From the NCBI GenBank assembly GCA_964016885.1, contig OZ024741.1, positions 374,852,001 through 374,916,000 of the forward strand: a stretch of DNA of 64,000 bases. Direction: 5' to 3'. The DNA comes from Eledone cirrhosa. Taxonomy: Eukaryota. This document shows, piece by piece, positions 28,199-40,704 of the stretch (within the stretch, counting starts at the first letter, position 1; each line of letters starts with the position of its first letter). The translations under genes and the position numbers were made by a program. The notes under the pieces were generated by a model. It was given only the letters and a program-made list of their open reading frames with translations, was not told the DNA's origin and did no database searches.

Positions 28199-28312
28199 TT
28201 ATTAAAATAACAGATTAAAATTTAAGCAAAGAATCGGTGCTTTCACCCTTAACGTTAAGGGTGAAAGCAGCGATTCTTTGCTTAAACTTTAATCTGTTAT
28301 TTTAATAAATAT
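28195..28312. repeat. Near-perfect palindrome of the 3'-terminal ~55 bp of the PLE at 1-2486
   Basis: Right arm equals 2437-2486; centre AACGTT falls in the hammerhead stem II loop; left arm abuts (TA)n. Confidence 0.92.
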
Positions 28313-28422
28313 TTGCTCTACGGTTCTTATATATTTGATATATATTTATCCTTATCGAGCCCTCTTTGGATTTTAGTCTTCAAATTTATTATTATTACTA
28401 TATATATATATATATATATATG

Positions 28423-28500
<78 letters not shown>

Positions 28501-28524
28501 CATATATATCTATATATATATATA

Positions 28525-28570
<46 letters not shown>

Positions 28571-28714
28571 GGTGGATGAAATGATCAAGGAATTTGTTCT
28601 GGCCCTCTGTGTTATTAAATGTAAAAAATTGTGCCGTTCTCAACTTGGCATTTTATCCTCTCAGGGGTGGATAAGTATAATGCCAGTCATGGGTCCAGTG
28701 TATAGGGGTGATGG

Positions 28715-28888
28715 TGGTGGAGTGGCGGTATCTTGATCTGGCTCTGTACATTCTGAGTTCAAACTCCTCCTTCCCTCCTCCCCTCCCCCTCCTTCTTACA
28801 CGAGTTGCAGCCGGCAGATAAGATCAACAGTGGAAAGACCAATGGAAACGGCCTCCTTGGTCCGATCTGATTGACAAACGGTTCATTT

Positions 28889-28890
<2 letters not shown>
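28715..28890 (+). mobile_element. Diverged SINE sharing the family A tail, ending at (TA)n
   Basis: GAGTTCAAA B box; tail GAGTTGCAGCC..GAAAGACCAATGGAAAC..GGTCCGAT resembles 47721-47790. Confidence 0.5.
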
Positions 28891-28956
<66 letters not shown>

Positions 28957-29327
28957 ATACAATAACAGATAGTTTAAAGCTAAACTCTGACTGGTAACCA
29001 TCTCACTCAACAAACATTAGGTTATATTTAAATATAAACCCAATTTAAGTGTTTGGGGTGCTAACAATATGTATAATGTGGAAAAACCAGTTGTATTATT
29101 TTATGAGATATAATTAAAGTTAAAGTATATCTCTCTTTCCAAACAATTGTTTCATTATAAGTTTTCTACAAGTTGGGAGAATATTTCCAGTTTATGTAGA
29201 AGCCTAATATATATTCATGTAAGAATATATTTAGGTGGGAGCTTATAAATCATCAGTGGAAGCCCATTAAACTTTGATATAAGAAAGAAATTCTTACCGC
29301 AGAAATTCTTACCCATATATATATATG

Positions 29328-29594
29328 GGAGAAAGTATGACCCCGACGGCAGAGCTCAAGCCGTTTCGACGGCTATTTCTGGACTAAAGTAGGAGTTTTT
29401 TAGTCTTGTGGCTATTTCTGGACTAAAGTAAGAGCTTTTTTTTTAGTCTTGAGCTCTGCCGTCGGGGTCATACTTTCTCCTATTACCCACTCTACTACCC
29501 TAAGTATTGAGTACTCTGGTGCGTTATGGTCCATCTGGTTCCTTACCACAACTCCTCCGTTATATATAAATACATATATATATATATAAATATA

Positions 29595-29685
<91 letters not shown>

Positions 29686-29857
29686 CAAAGGAGGTGTGAT
29701 GAGAAACCAGATGGACCATAACGCACCAGAGTACTCAATACTTAGAGTTGTAGAGTGGGTGTTTGACCCCGACGGCAGAGCTCAAGCCGTTTCTACGGTT
29801 ATTTCTGGACTAGAAATAGCCGTCGAAACGGCTTGAGCTCTGCCGTCGGGTCAAACA
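29328..29857. mobile_element. Two tail-to-tail copies of a PLE-type terminus (3' half-hammerhead family), each with its own fold-back, around a (TA)-rich run
   Basis: AGCCGTC-GAAA-CGGC TTGAGCTCT GCCG-TC-GGGGTC; homologous to 40336-40541 and 63959-64000. Confidence 0.78.
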
Positions 29858-29880
29858 TTTTCATATATATATATATATAT

Positions 29881-29931
<51 letters not shown>

Positions 29932-30220
29932 TATATTTATATACATATATATATATTTATATATATACATATATATATTTATATACATGCACACACATAT
30001 ATATATATAGTGTGTGTAAGTGTGTGAAGCAGAGCTAAGTTCTCTCATTCGCTGTTGTAATATATCGTGAACTAATGAACAATCGTTCTATAAATTTCTT
30101 TTTGTAGTTGTGTATTTATTTATTTATTTATTATAGTGGCTTTTTTAAAGAAAGAGTATGGTTCTTTTGTGAAATAAAGTTATATTGTTGTAGTTGTTGT
30201 GTTGTTGCAGCAGCAGAAGT

Positions 30221-30263
<43 letters not shown>

Positions 30264-30492
30264 CTACTACTACTACTACTACTACTAGTAGTAGTAGTAG
30301 TAGTGGTGCTGGTGGTGGTATATAATATATCATGGAGACACTTTTGTAGAAAGTGTATGAAATATATGTGTGCTTGTATATATATATATATATATACACA
30401 AGTGGAAGCTTAGTAAAATAGAAGCAAAGTCGACCTATATTAAGGAATCAGTAGCAAAGCACTCAATAAGGGTAGGTCCTTAGAGTAATAAC

Positions 30493-30682
30493 TGTTTCTA
30501 CTTTTGGCACAAGGTCAGCAATTACCCAGTCAGTACATTACTGATACTTTATTTTATCGACCCCGTAAGGATGAAAGGCAAAGTTAACCTCGGCGGGATT
30601 TGAACTCAGAATGGAAAGGGCCGTAACTCTATGCGTCAAAGCATGGCGTCCGACCCTCTACCGATACTGCCAATCCACCACC
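30493..30682 (-). mobile_element. tRNA-headed SINE family B with TSD
   Basis: B box GAGTTCAAATC on the minus strand; TTAGAGTAATAAC on both sides. Confidence 0.85.
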
Positions 30683-30881
30683 CTTAGAGTAATAACACGG
30701 TCCTTAGAGTAATAACATACGTTTAAATAGCTTGACAAATTGAAAATTGCGGTAGGCAAAACCCAACCACGCAATACCAAAGTAACGAAAGAACTAAGTT
30801 TATCCCGGGTTCAACCGGGGGCAATCACAGTAAGTAAGGTACTCAATACATAGCAGAGTATAAATATTTAATATAGAAATG

Positions 30882-30930
30882 GCTTCTACAGGACTAGAAC
30901 TATTTCATTCAGGAGAAATCATCAGGAAGC
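30882..30930 (-). ncRNA. Type-I hammerhead motif (family also at 40637-40687 and 52690-52741)
   Basis: GCTTC-CTGATGA-T TTC TCCT GAA T-GAAA-TAG..CTG-TA-GAAGC. Confidence 0.75.
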
Positions 30931-30961
30931 TCTGTATAAAATATATATATTTATTTACATA

Positions 30962-31339
30962 ATTGTTTCTACTTTTGACACAAGGCCAGCAATTACCCAG
31001 TACATTACTGGTACTTTATTTTATCGACCCCGTAAGGATGAAAGGCAAAGTTAACCTTGGAGGGATTTGAACCCAGTCCGTAAAGGGACGTAACTCTATG
31101 CTAGAAAGCATGGCGTCCGAACCTCTACTGATACTGCCAATCCACTACATAATTGTTTCTACTTTTGGCACAAGGCCAGCAATTACCCAGTGCATTACTG
31201 GTACTTTATTTTATCGACCCCGTAAGGATGAAAGGCAAAGTCAACCTCGGCGGGATTTGAACTCAGATCGTAAAGGGACGTAACTATGCTGGAAAGCATG
31301 GCGTCCGACCCTCTACCGATACTGCCAATCCACCGCCCA
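30962..31339 (-). mobile_element. Two tandem SINE family B copies
   Basis: Two ~185-bp units homologous to 30493-30682. Confidence 0.85.
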
Positions 31340-31391
31340 CTACATAATGAGCATGGACAAGGTGTCAAATTTTCATTACGTTTATTCAGGT

Positions 31392-31474
31392 GTGACGCGC
31401 ATTTCGCGATTGATCAGCTCATAGTTCGATCTCTATCAATTAAGTCCGACTCTGGAATCAAAAGCTCATCAGAC
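31392..31474 (-). ncRNA. Hammerhead motif with ~60-nt stem II region
   Basis: GT-CTGATGA-GC..GC-GAAA-TGCGCG-TC-AC; same family as both arms of 53479-53736. Confidence 0.55.
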
Positions 31475-31565
31475 TTCTGTTAGCGCAATCAATCACGGAA
31501 TGATTAATATACATATATATTTAGAAAGAGTATTGTTCTTTTGTGAAATATAGTTATGTTGCTGT

Positions 31566-31765
<200 letters not shown>

Positions 31766-32160
31766 AGACTGTAACTTTTTAAAATTTACACACACACAAC
31801 GCATTTTCTTTCCCAGTTATGTTGCTATAACAATAAGTTAGCTTTCCTGTTACAATGTGCTGGGTTCTAACAATACATTTGTCCCTGAAAATAGTCATTT
31901 CTCCAAACATCTCCATACATTTAAATCTGTATGTCATTTGTACATTTATGTTGAACATTTAAGTCAGCACTTCCACAAGTCAATAATCAACATAAACCAT
32001 AGTATTTCTCACATGCAAACTCTTAATTTATCCTAATGCAAATTTGTTAGTTTGTATGCTTGTTCATACACCCTCCTCTCTCTCACCCCCATCTCACTCA
32101 CTCACTACCCCTCTCTGTCTTTCTCTCTTTCATACACATACATTAGTGTATATGTGCATA

Positions 32161-32233
<73 letters not shown>

Positions 32234-32237
<4 letters not shown>

Positions 32238-32588
32238 GATATTAACAAATGGAAACTATATTTATAAAACCATATTTATACATATTTCAAGGATACCATG
32301 TTAAATTATGGTATGCCTTCATCAGACAAAATACAATATATACCAGTTTTATAAATAAACATTGACGTACCCTTGCAAAATGCAACCGTTACATCAGGAT
32401 AGTCAAACTATCCTGATGTCTTCCAAAAGTAACGGTTGCATTTTGAAAGGGTACGTCAATGTTTATTTATAAAACTGGTATATATTGTATTTTGTCTGAT
32501 GAAGGCATACCATAATTTAACATGGTATCCTTGAAATATGTATAAATATGGTTTTATAAATATAGTTTCCATTTGTTAATATCGTATA
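32234..32588. repeat. ~350-bp fold-back palindrome with a hammerhead motif in each arm (sense copy 32490-32550)
   Basis: Arms are near-perfect reverse complements; CTGATGA-AGGCATACCAT..ATGGTATCCTT-GAAA-TATGTA-TA; left end abuts (TA)n. Confidence 0.92.
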
Positions 32589-32671
32589 TTTACTCCAAAT
32601 ACTTGTCGAGTGCTTTATATCAGTTATAAAAATATTTGCTTGTTGTATCCCAACAATTTAAATAGAACTTT

Positions 32672-32709
<38 letters not shown>

Positions 32710-32803
32710 TATACACTAATGTGTATGAAAGAGAGAAAGACAGAGAGTGAACCTAATAAACCTTTATTTGTCTGCCTCTCTGTTTTGTTCCCATCTAAAT
32801 TTG

Positions 32804-32873
<70 letters not shown>

Positions 32874-32903
32874 TAAAATAACAGATTAAATACTAATGGA
32901 TAC

Positions 32904-32904
<1 letters not shown>

Positions 32905-32934
<30 letters not shown>

Positions 32935-33290
32935 CTTCTTCTTCTTCTTCTTCTTCTTCTTCTTCTTCTTCTTCTTCTTCTTCTTCTTCTTCTTCTTCTT
33001 CTTCTTCTTCGCCCACTTATTCCCGGGGAGGGGGTTGTGGGGGCAGAGTCGTCAAACACTCCGTCCAGAGAGTCTTGTCAGAAGCAGCCATCTCCAATTG
33101 ATCCAGCTGGATCCCCAAACAAGACCAGCCGTGTTCATGGATGTTATCCAACCATTTTGACCGGAGTTTACCCCTGGGTCTCCTGCCGATTGATTTTGCT
33201 CATAAAATCTGTCCAGCGATTCTTTCCTAAGATATTCTAACCACTTGTCTGTAATAAGGGAGCTGTGATCTCTCATTTCAGTGAAGTAGC
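32905..33290 (-). mobile_element. RTE-clade LINE 3' end with (GAA)n tail
   Basis: Minus frame GRRPRGKLRSKWLDNI..LGIQL..W..LPPQP followed by (GAA)n at 32905-33010. Confidence 0.75.
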
Positions 33291-33547
33291 GGCTCTACCT
33301 GGAGCCACTCTCTCATCTCTGAACTACGCACTTTATCCTGGAACGTTACTCCAATATAAATATATACGCCCCTTAGTGTATATGTATCGCACTCACATGG
33401 TATCCAAAAGATATAGAGTTCGATTCCTCGTTGCTAGGAGAATATTATCCGATGTTCTCATCTATTATCTATAGCGATCAGCTGTTATTACAGATATTTT
33501 CTGAGCTGAGGACTCTGACATTTTCAAATGTGTGTGTGTGTGTGTAT

Positions 33548-33655
<108 letters not shown>

Positions 33656-35450
33656 TTATATATATATATAAATATATATATATGATGTGTGTGTATATGA
33701 AGGCATATACAATACGTTTATGTAGAATAAAAGGCTGCAAATTGGCAGTGTCGTTAAAACGTCAGCTATAATATTTTGCGGTATTCATTCAGACACTGAC
33801 TTAAAATCCCTCCAAGGTCGAAAAACACTAGTGGGGTTTCCTCGATATCACTCACTCATTCTCTCCTTCTCTGGAATAAATTACCTGTGTTCAGACCTGG
33901 AAAGAGGATGAACTCCGCTTAGACACACCGTTTGTCGCGACGTCACCCCTGCGGGTCCTGTATAAAATATATCTCCATACATACATATGTAGAATAAACA
34001 TATATAAGTCTCTCTATGAATGTTTTAAGCTGTGATCATATCATAGCTATCTTAGTAGCTGTGTGAGAACACCTGATATTAGTGTTTCAAGATTTTATCC
34101 ATCGTCAGTGACGTTTACTCTCTGGGAACTGATTATTCTGAGTATTGTATCAACTCAATAGTTCATAATGGTTTGTAAATTTGGCACAAAGCCAGCAATT
34201 TTTGAAGGGACAGGGAAAGTCGATTAAATCAACTGGTATTCAATTTTGTATGATTCTAACTATTTTGTCAATCCCCCACTCTGCAATGCATGGTCCTGAA
34301 ACTCCTGATGGAGTCGTAGGCGCACCGTATTGACATACGGCGTTTTTAGGCATTAAAAAAAAAAAAACAGGTGGAGCCAATTTTTTCTCCAGATTTGAAT
34401 ACAGCGGATTTCTTTCACAGAGAAAGAGAGAATCTAAACACACATTCTTAAATATCTAAGCATGTAGACTTATCTGAGAACAAGTGAACAATAGAATGAA
34501 CTCTATAGATAATGAACACAACCACAAGGATATGGTCCGAACGTGGAAGAGCCGAACTCTCACTGTTATCGCCTCCATCTCTCTCGTCCTCCCCTAGAAG
34601 AAGAATTGACTCCAATACTTAACAGGTACTTTTTATCGACCCAGATTAAATGAAATGCAAAGTTTTCCTCAGCGGGATTTGAACTCAGAGAGCAGGGATC
34701 CGAAACGAATAACGCAAAGTATTTTTATCTAAAGACTCTACCAATTCGCCACCTTATAATCCATGACCCTAATATACGCTAACTTTTTCTAACGTAGGCA
34801 CAAAACACGAATGACAAGTTTAAATTGATATACTTACATTTCTAGTATTATGTTACACAAAAACAAATTTATGTTATGTTTGAATTATATATCAAGAGAA
34901 AATATTTAACTTGTGTAATATTTTAGTTGCTTAGGTAACACGGGTGTATAGTAGTGACTTCATACAATTGTTGTTATAGAATTTAAGCCTCGTCTTTTTA
35001 GTTTTGGTTTGAAATAAAGTCAGGACCTATAGAAGAAGAATTCACACATTAAAACTCGCCGCGGAGTAATTCGTGACTCAAGGCAATGCTAATTAGGTTA
35101 CTGTTAATGTCAACATAGAAAAGATAAATGATTAGAAGGAGAGTGACTGAGGGGGCGGGAGGGGGGGGGGTGTATCGGGAGTATTGGAAAGGCAATTCTA
35201 TCCAAGATTGTCTGTTCAAACACGTCACGCATTTCCGAATGTGTGAAGAATTGGAGCTCTTATTGGGTTTTCTTAGGGGTTGACACAATGCTGAAGAAGG
35301 GAATGTTAACATAGTAAATAGCGTTTAAGCGGTCGTCCTCCAGAGTAAACCTTCAAAATATCTCAAACACGTTTTCTGGCAGCTTTAGATAAAATAATAA
35401 ATAGTAGAACTCTTGTATTTATTTCAATTACCACCCACAACAATGCTAGT

Positions 35451-35630
<180 letters not shown>

Positions 35631-35938
35631 GCATAGAATTAAATTTTTAATATTCGGCAAGACCAGCTGTAACTCGCTAGTTGTATACAAATGAGGCTAC
35701 TCAGCCGATGTGTACTTAAGAAAATACTATATATGTTCAACCGTTCAACAGACTAGCAGAGGTATACAGTCTTGATGAAGAGTAATGACCCAGAAACATG
35801 TTGTTTGTTCCTCAAAGTCAGTGTTGAACAAACAGGTGATGATCGGTCACCGGCACGGCACAGCTTCAAATCGGGCCGTTGTTTACAAACGAATTGAACA
35901 TTATTATTAAAGTTTGATATAACCCATACGTACATATG

Positions 35939-35987
<49 letters not shown>

Positions 35988-35991
35988 ATAA

Positions 35992-36028
<37 letters not shown>

Positions 36029-36051
36029 CACGTACACACACACACACACAT

Positions 36052-37230
36052 AAGTGGTGGAACACTGGGAGGTAATATCCGTAGTGGTAGAGCACTCAGT
36101 CCAAGGGACGAGTTAGGTAGAAGTGGTTACACAACAGTTAGTTCACCATACCGAGAACAATTGTTTCACCTTAGCGGATCTTCAGCTCGGGATGTGTATG
36201 GTTATAGGAACAGGAAGGACAACCGTACGAACGCGCATGCGCAGAAACTCGGTCACTTCACACAGGCAATACTAGACTGCGTGCGAGAGGTGTAAGGGAG
36301 ATAACTGCGAAAGTCCGGAAAGTTTTTAGGTTGAAAATAAAATTAAAAATAAAATAAAAAATAAAATTAAAAATAAAATTAAAAATAAAATTACAAAGAA
36401 TCAGTCCGGAGCCTTGTAGTTATGCGATAGATGTTCGGTGACGTGTGGACAACGTGTGAAAAATTCACTTCTCGTGTTTAGGCAATCACTATTGCGTAAT
36501 CTCTTTAGGATAGTTATTCGTTCGTCAATACATAAGCCACACGTCGGATTTCCCCTTGCGTATGGCTTGGACTTAGTGATGGCTTTCCATTGAATGGAGT
36601 AGCCTATACTTGAGTCCTTGAGGGACCATACGTGGCTCGCGAGTTTCGTGGATGAACGTCCAGGTATCTGAAGGTAGACTGGTGGTTCAGGAAACGTTCC
36701 TTGAATCGGCCCTCCTCCATGGCCACATAGGATTTGACTTCCTGTGGTTCGTTTGGTCGGTTGGAAGTGACCACAGCTTCATAGATTACAGCTGGTGTGT
36801 TGCATTGCTGTTGAAGGGGGCAAGCTTCAGGCTTACGGCAAGAGCACGCTGGTGGGGTGTTGCTCCTAGGGCTGCTGGTGATGTGGGCCTTCATGTTCTT
36901 AGCGTAGGAGTATCCTAGTTTAACTTTGTGTCGGTTAAAGATGGAGCGGTATTTATGACCTATGGGGAAGTGTCTATCTAAGAGGGCTAGAAATTTTTTT
37001 CCTACATTGGTTTTAACGTTGAGTGAGAAGGGAGGAGAGAACCAGATAGTTTGTCTCTTGTTGCGCTTACTTTTCTTAATGGTGTTGTTGCTAGTGGGAG
37101 AGTAATTGATAGGTTGTGAGAAGCCGCTGTTAGCCAACGCCTTGTTATAGTAGGGTGCCGCCCTGTCAAAGATAGCCTTATTAGAGGAGAGGTTTGAGAT
37201 TCTAGTACTGATATTCTTAACGAAGTTTCT
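36052..37230 (-). mobile_element. PLE 3' part (thumb, Cys linker, GIY-YIG, 3' UTR with hammerhead)
   Basis: IWFSPPFSLNVKTNVGKKFL, CSCRKPEACPL, VIYEAVV..SYVAMEEGRFKER..NH. Confidence 0.9.
36151..36190 (-). ncRNA. Minimal type-I hammerhead ribozyme motif
   Basis: CCGAG-CTGAAGA-T CC GCTAA GG T-GAAA-CAATTG-TT-CTCGG; perfect stem I, palindromic stem III. Confidence 0.85.
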
Positions 37231-37661
37231 AAAAATCTATATACGCTACTTCTTCAAATATACTGTTGGGCCTATAAAAATGGTACTAATTCGATAAAAC
37301 AACTCGATTTTGGATGAGATGAAGTCAAAGTGTGTCTAAACATTTTGGGTATCCCCTTTTCCTCACCCAAAGAAAAATATAACAGACCACTGATAGAATT
37401 CTGATATTTCTCAGCAGAAAGGGAGGGCCTATGCTGTTTCCTATACAAGCTTACTACATCATGATGTTTATTAAAATTAGTTGAAAGAAGTGTATAAACT
37501 AGAAAAATGCAAGCAATCAATTAAATTGATATGAAACAAGCTTTAATTTCACTGTTGATATGCAAAAACACAAGGTGAACATGTCAATTTGTGGCTTGTA
37601 AAACCAAATATTTACATAAATATTTCGTATAATAATCAGGAAAATATTGTTATTATTATAA

Positions 37662-38375
37662 GGGCGGTGGATTAGCAGTATCGGTAGAGGGTCGGAAGCC
37701 ATGCTTTGCCGCATAGAGTTACGGCCTTTATGATCTGAGTTCAAATCCCGCCGAGGTTAACTTTACCTTTCATCCTTACGGGGTCGATAAAATGAAGTAC
37801 CAGTCACGCATTGGGGTCAATTTCATCAACTTTTCCCTCCGCCAAAATTGCTGGCCTTGTGCCTATATAAGAAACCATTTGTGGCTTGTAAAACCAAATA
37901 TTTACATAAATATTTCGTATAATAATCAGGAAAATATTGTTATTATTATAAGGCGGTGGATCTGCAGTATCCGTAGAGCCTCGGACACCATGCTTCGTGG
38001 CATAGAGTTACGGCGCTTTACGTTCTGAGTTCAAACCCTGCCGAGGTTAGCTTTACCTTTCATCCTTACGAGGTCGATAATATAAAGTATCAGTAACGTA
38101 CTGGGGTCGATTTAATCGACTTTCCCCTCCCCTTCAAATTGTTGGCCTTGTGCCTAAAGTAAAAACAATTATTATGTAGATTAGCAGCATCGGCAGAGTG
38201 TCGGACACTATGCTTCGTGATATAGAGTTTCGTCCCTTTACGTTCTGAGTTCAAACCTTTGCCTTTCATTCTTAAGGGATCGATAAAATAAAGTACCAGG
38301 AACGCACTGGGGTCGATTTAATCGACTCTCCCCTCCACCGAATTTTGTTGGTATTGTGCCTAAATCAGAAACCAT
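37662..38375 (+). mobile_element. Three SINE family B copies in tandem
   Basis: Units at ~37662-37876, 37952-38172 and 38177-38375, each with TCTGAGTTCAAA and GATAA.AT.AAGTA.CAG. Confidence 0.87.
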
Positions 38376-38497
38376 TAGGTTTCTTTAATTTTTACTCCTG
38401 ATATATTAAAGGAGCTGACTTTGATTGGGCGCTGTTTGGCTGACTGGGACAGTTGTGGGATATAGAAGGTCATAGTGTTGAACTGCTTTCTCAGTGC

Positions 38498-39280
38498 CTT
38501 CTTCTTCTTCTTCTTCTTCTTCTTCTTCTTCTTCTTCTTCTTCTTCTTCTTCTTCTTCTTCTTCTTCTTCTTCTTCTTCTTCTTCTTCTTCTTCTTCTTC
38601 TTCTTCTTCTTCTTCTCCTTCTTCTTCTTCTTCTTCTTCTTCTTCTTCTTGAGAGGGCCGTGATGGCTGAGTCCTCTGGCATATCTTCCAGATGGTCCTA
38701 CGGAAGTAAATATCACCAAATAATACTGCTGGATCCCACTGCTGGACCCAACCATCTTGCTCATGTTATTCCTTTCGATCTTCTGCCGGTTCGCTTTGCC
38801 CGTAAAATATGTCCTGCGATTTTTTCCTTCTACATTCTAATCACATGTCCATAGTACCGGAGCTGTGTTCTCTCGATGCGACTCCTTGATCTCCGGGCTA
38901 TGCATTCTATTGAATAAAGATATTTCAATGAGCCTTCGGAGAAACTCCATTTCGGCTGCTTGTATTATCAATTGTAGTCTTTCGGTTATTATCAAAGCTT
39001 CATGACCGTAGGTAAGGGCAGGTACGAATACATATTTGAAGCTAGCAGGTTCAGCATTTACACATATCTCCCTTCTTTTGATGAGCGAATGATGAAGTTG
39101 ACGCATTATTACATCAGTTCCAGCACCTAATTTAGCCTCATGCTCTCAACCATCTCGTGAAATACTTTCAGTTCTTCCCCTGCTTTAGTGAAACTCGACT
39201 CACCTGCAAAGCGCATTGCACAGGCCTCAAGCGGACAAATGTCTCAATCTTTGCAGCCTTGATTTTCATTTCTGCCATGC
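38498..39280 (-). mobile_element. RTE-clade LINE fragments with (GAA)n tail
   Basis: FVPALTYGHEALIITERLQLIIQAAEMEFLRRL (38837-39106); (CTT)n at 38498-38650; may be two elements. Confidence 0.7.
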
Positions 39281-39716
39281 AGATATAATTTTCATTCTTG
39301 CTTTACAGCACTTGGTAACATACATTGTTTACTTGACCTTTTAAAATGGTTAATAACATTGTCAAAGTTTTAACAATACCAGTAATATGAGGGGTAATAT
39401 GCAGCTTACAAACATGAATTAAAGAGCAAAATGTGCCTGCAGATTCCATTCCAAATTTTGCGCATTCACATTGTTGAAAAATGTGCTGTTACCACGAAGC
39501 ATTAATTTTATTTGATTTTGTACAAAACATTTACACATTTTTTCTGCTTCTACTTATCAGTGGAATCTTCTTTCTACTGCATTATCTGATGTTGGCGCTC
39601 ATTCATTCATTATGAAAAGAATGTCAGATATCGGGTAGTAAGCATATGCAGATAAAACAAACGCATTTTTTCACAGCTTTTCTTTGATGACGTTTCTTAG
39701 AACTATCGACATAAGA

Positions 39717-39762
<46 letters not shown>

Positions 39763-39879
39763 GATAGAGAGAGAGGGGGGGGGGGAGAGAGAGAGTGGGT
39801 GTGAGAGAGAGAACGTGAAAGAGAAAGGGTGAGAGAGAGAAAGTGTGAAAAGGAGAAAGAGCGAGAGATAGATAGATAG

Positions 39880-39940
<61 letters not shown>

Positions 39941-39968
39941 AGATATCTATATATATATATAAATATAG

Positions 39969-40256
39969 CGATCGACTTTCGTCAAATCGGACCGAGGAAA
40001 CAACGTTTCTATTGATCTTTCCAATTGCTAATACTATCTATCGGTCGCAACTCCAGGTAGAAGGAGCAACGTGAAATAAAGTGTCTTGCTCAAGGACATA
40101 ACGCAAGGCCCGGTCCGGGAATCGAACTCACAACTTCAAGATTGTGAATCCAATTCTCTAACCACTCAGCCTTCCGCATATATATATATATATTGCGTTA
40201 TGTCCTTGAGCAAGACACTTTATTTCACGTTGCTCCTTCTACCTGGAGTTGCGACC
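39969..40256 (-). mobile_element. SINE family A plus an inverted partial copy (40195-40256) across a (TA)n run
   Basis: Homologous to 3427-3643; 40195-40256 is the reverse complement of ~40042-40104. Confidence 0.85.
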
Positions 40257-40279
40257 GTTAATTTTTATAGATTTCTTTT

Positions 40280-40335
<56 letters not shown>

Positions 40336-40339
<4 letters not shown>

Positions 40340-40541
40340 CGAGTAAGACCCCGACGGCTGAGCTCAAGCCGTTTCGACAGCTAATTCTGGACTCTCTAAG
40401 ACTCGTCCAGAATTAGCCGTCGAAACGGCTTGAGCTCAGCCGTGGGGTCTTACTCGTTCCTATTACCCACTCTACTACCCTAAGTATTGAGTACTTTGGT
40501 GCGTTATGGTCCACCTGGTTCCTTACCACATTTCCTTCGTT
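40336..40541 (+). mobile_element. PLE-type terminus with fold-back (arms 40336-40392 / 40405-40459) between (TA)n runs
   Basis: Same family as 29328-29857. Confidence 0.8.
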
Positions 40542-40636
40542 ATATATATATATACGTTATTCCGGGTTGAATCGGAGGCAACCACATTAAGTAAGGTACT
40601 CAATACATAGCAGCGTATACAAGTTTAATATAGATG

Positions 40637-40687
40637 AGATTCTACAGGACTAGAACTGTTTCATTCTTTAGAAATCATCAGGAATCT
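40637..40687 (-). ncRNA. Type-I hammerhead motif
   Basis: AGATTC-CTGATGA-T TTC TAAA GAA T-GAAA-CAG..CTG-TA-GAATCT; stem I covaries with the 30882 copy. Confidence 0.82.
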
Positions 40688-40704
40688 GGATTTCCAAAAA
40701 TATT

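Noticed and set aside
38375-38854. Poly-K, poly-L, poly-F and poly-R ORFs (also 32896-33240, 26616-26950, 53746-54061)
   Set aside because: They arise from trinucleotide repeats such as (CTT)n, (ATT)n and (CAT)n, some of which are LINE tails.
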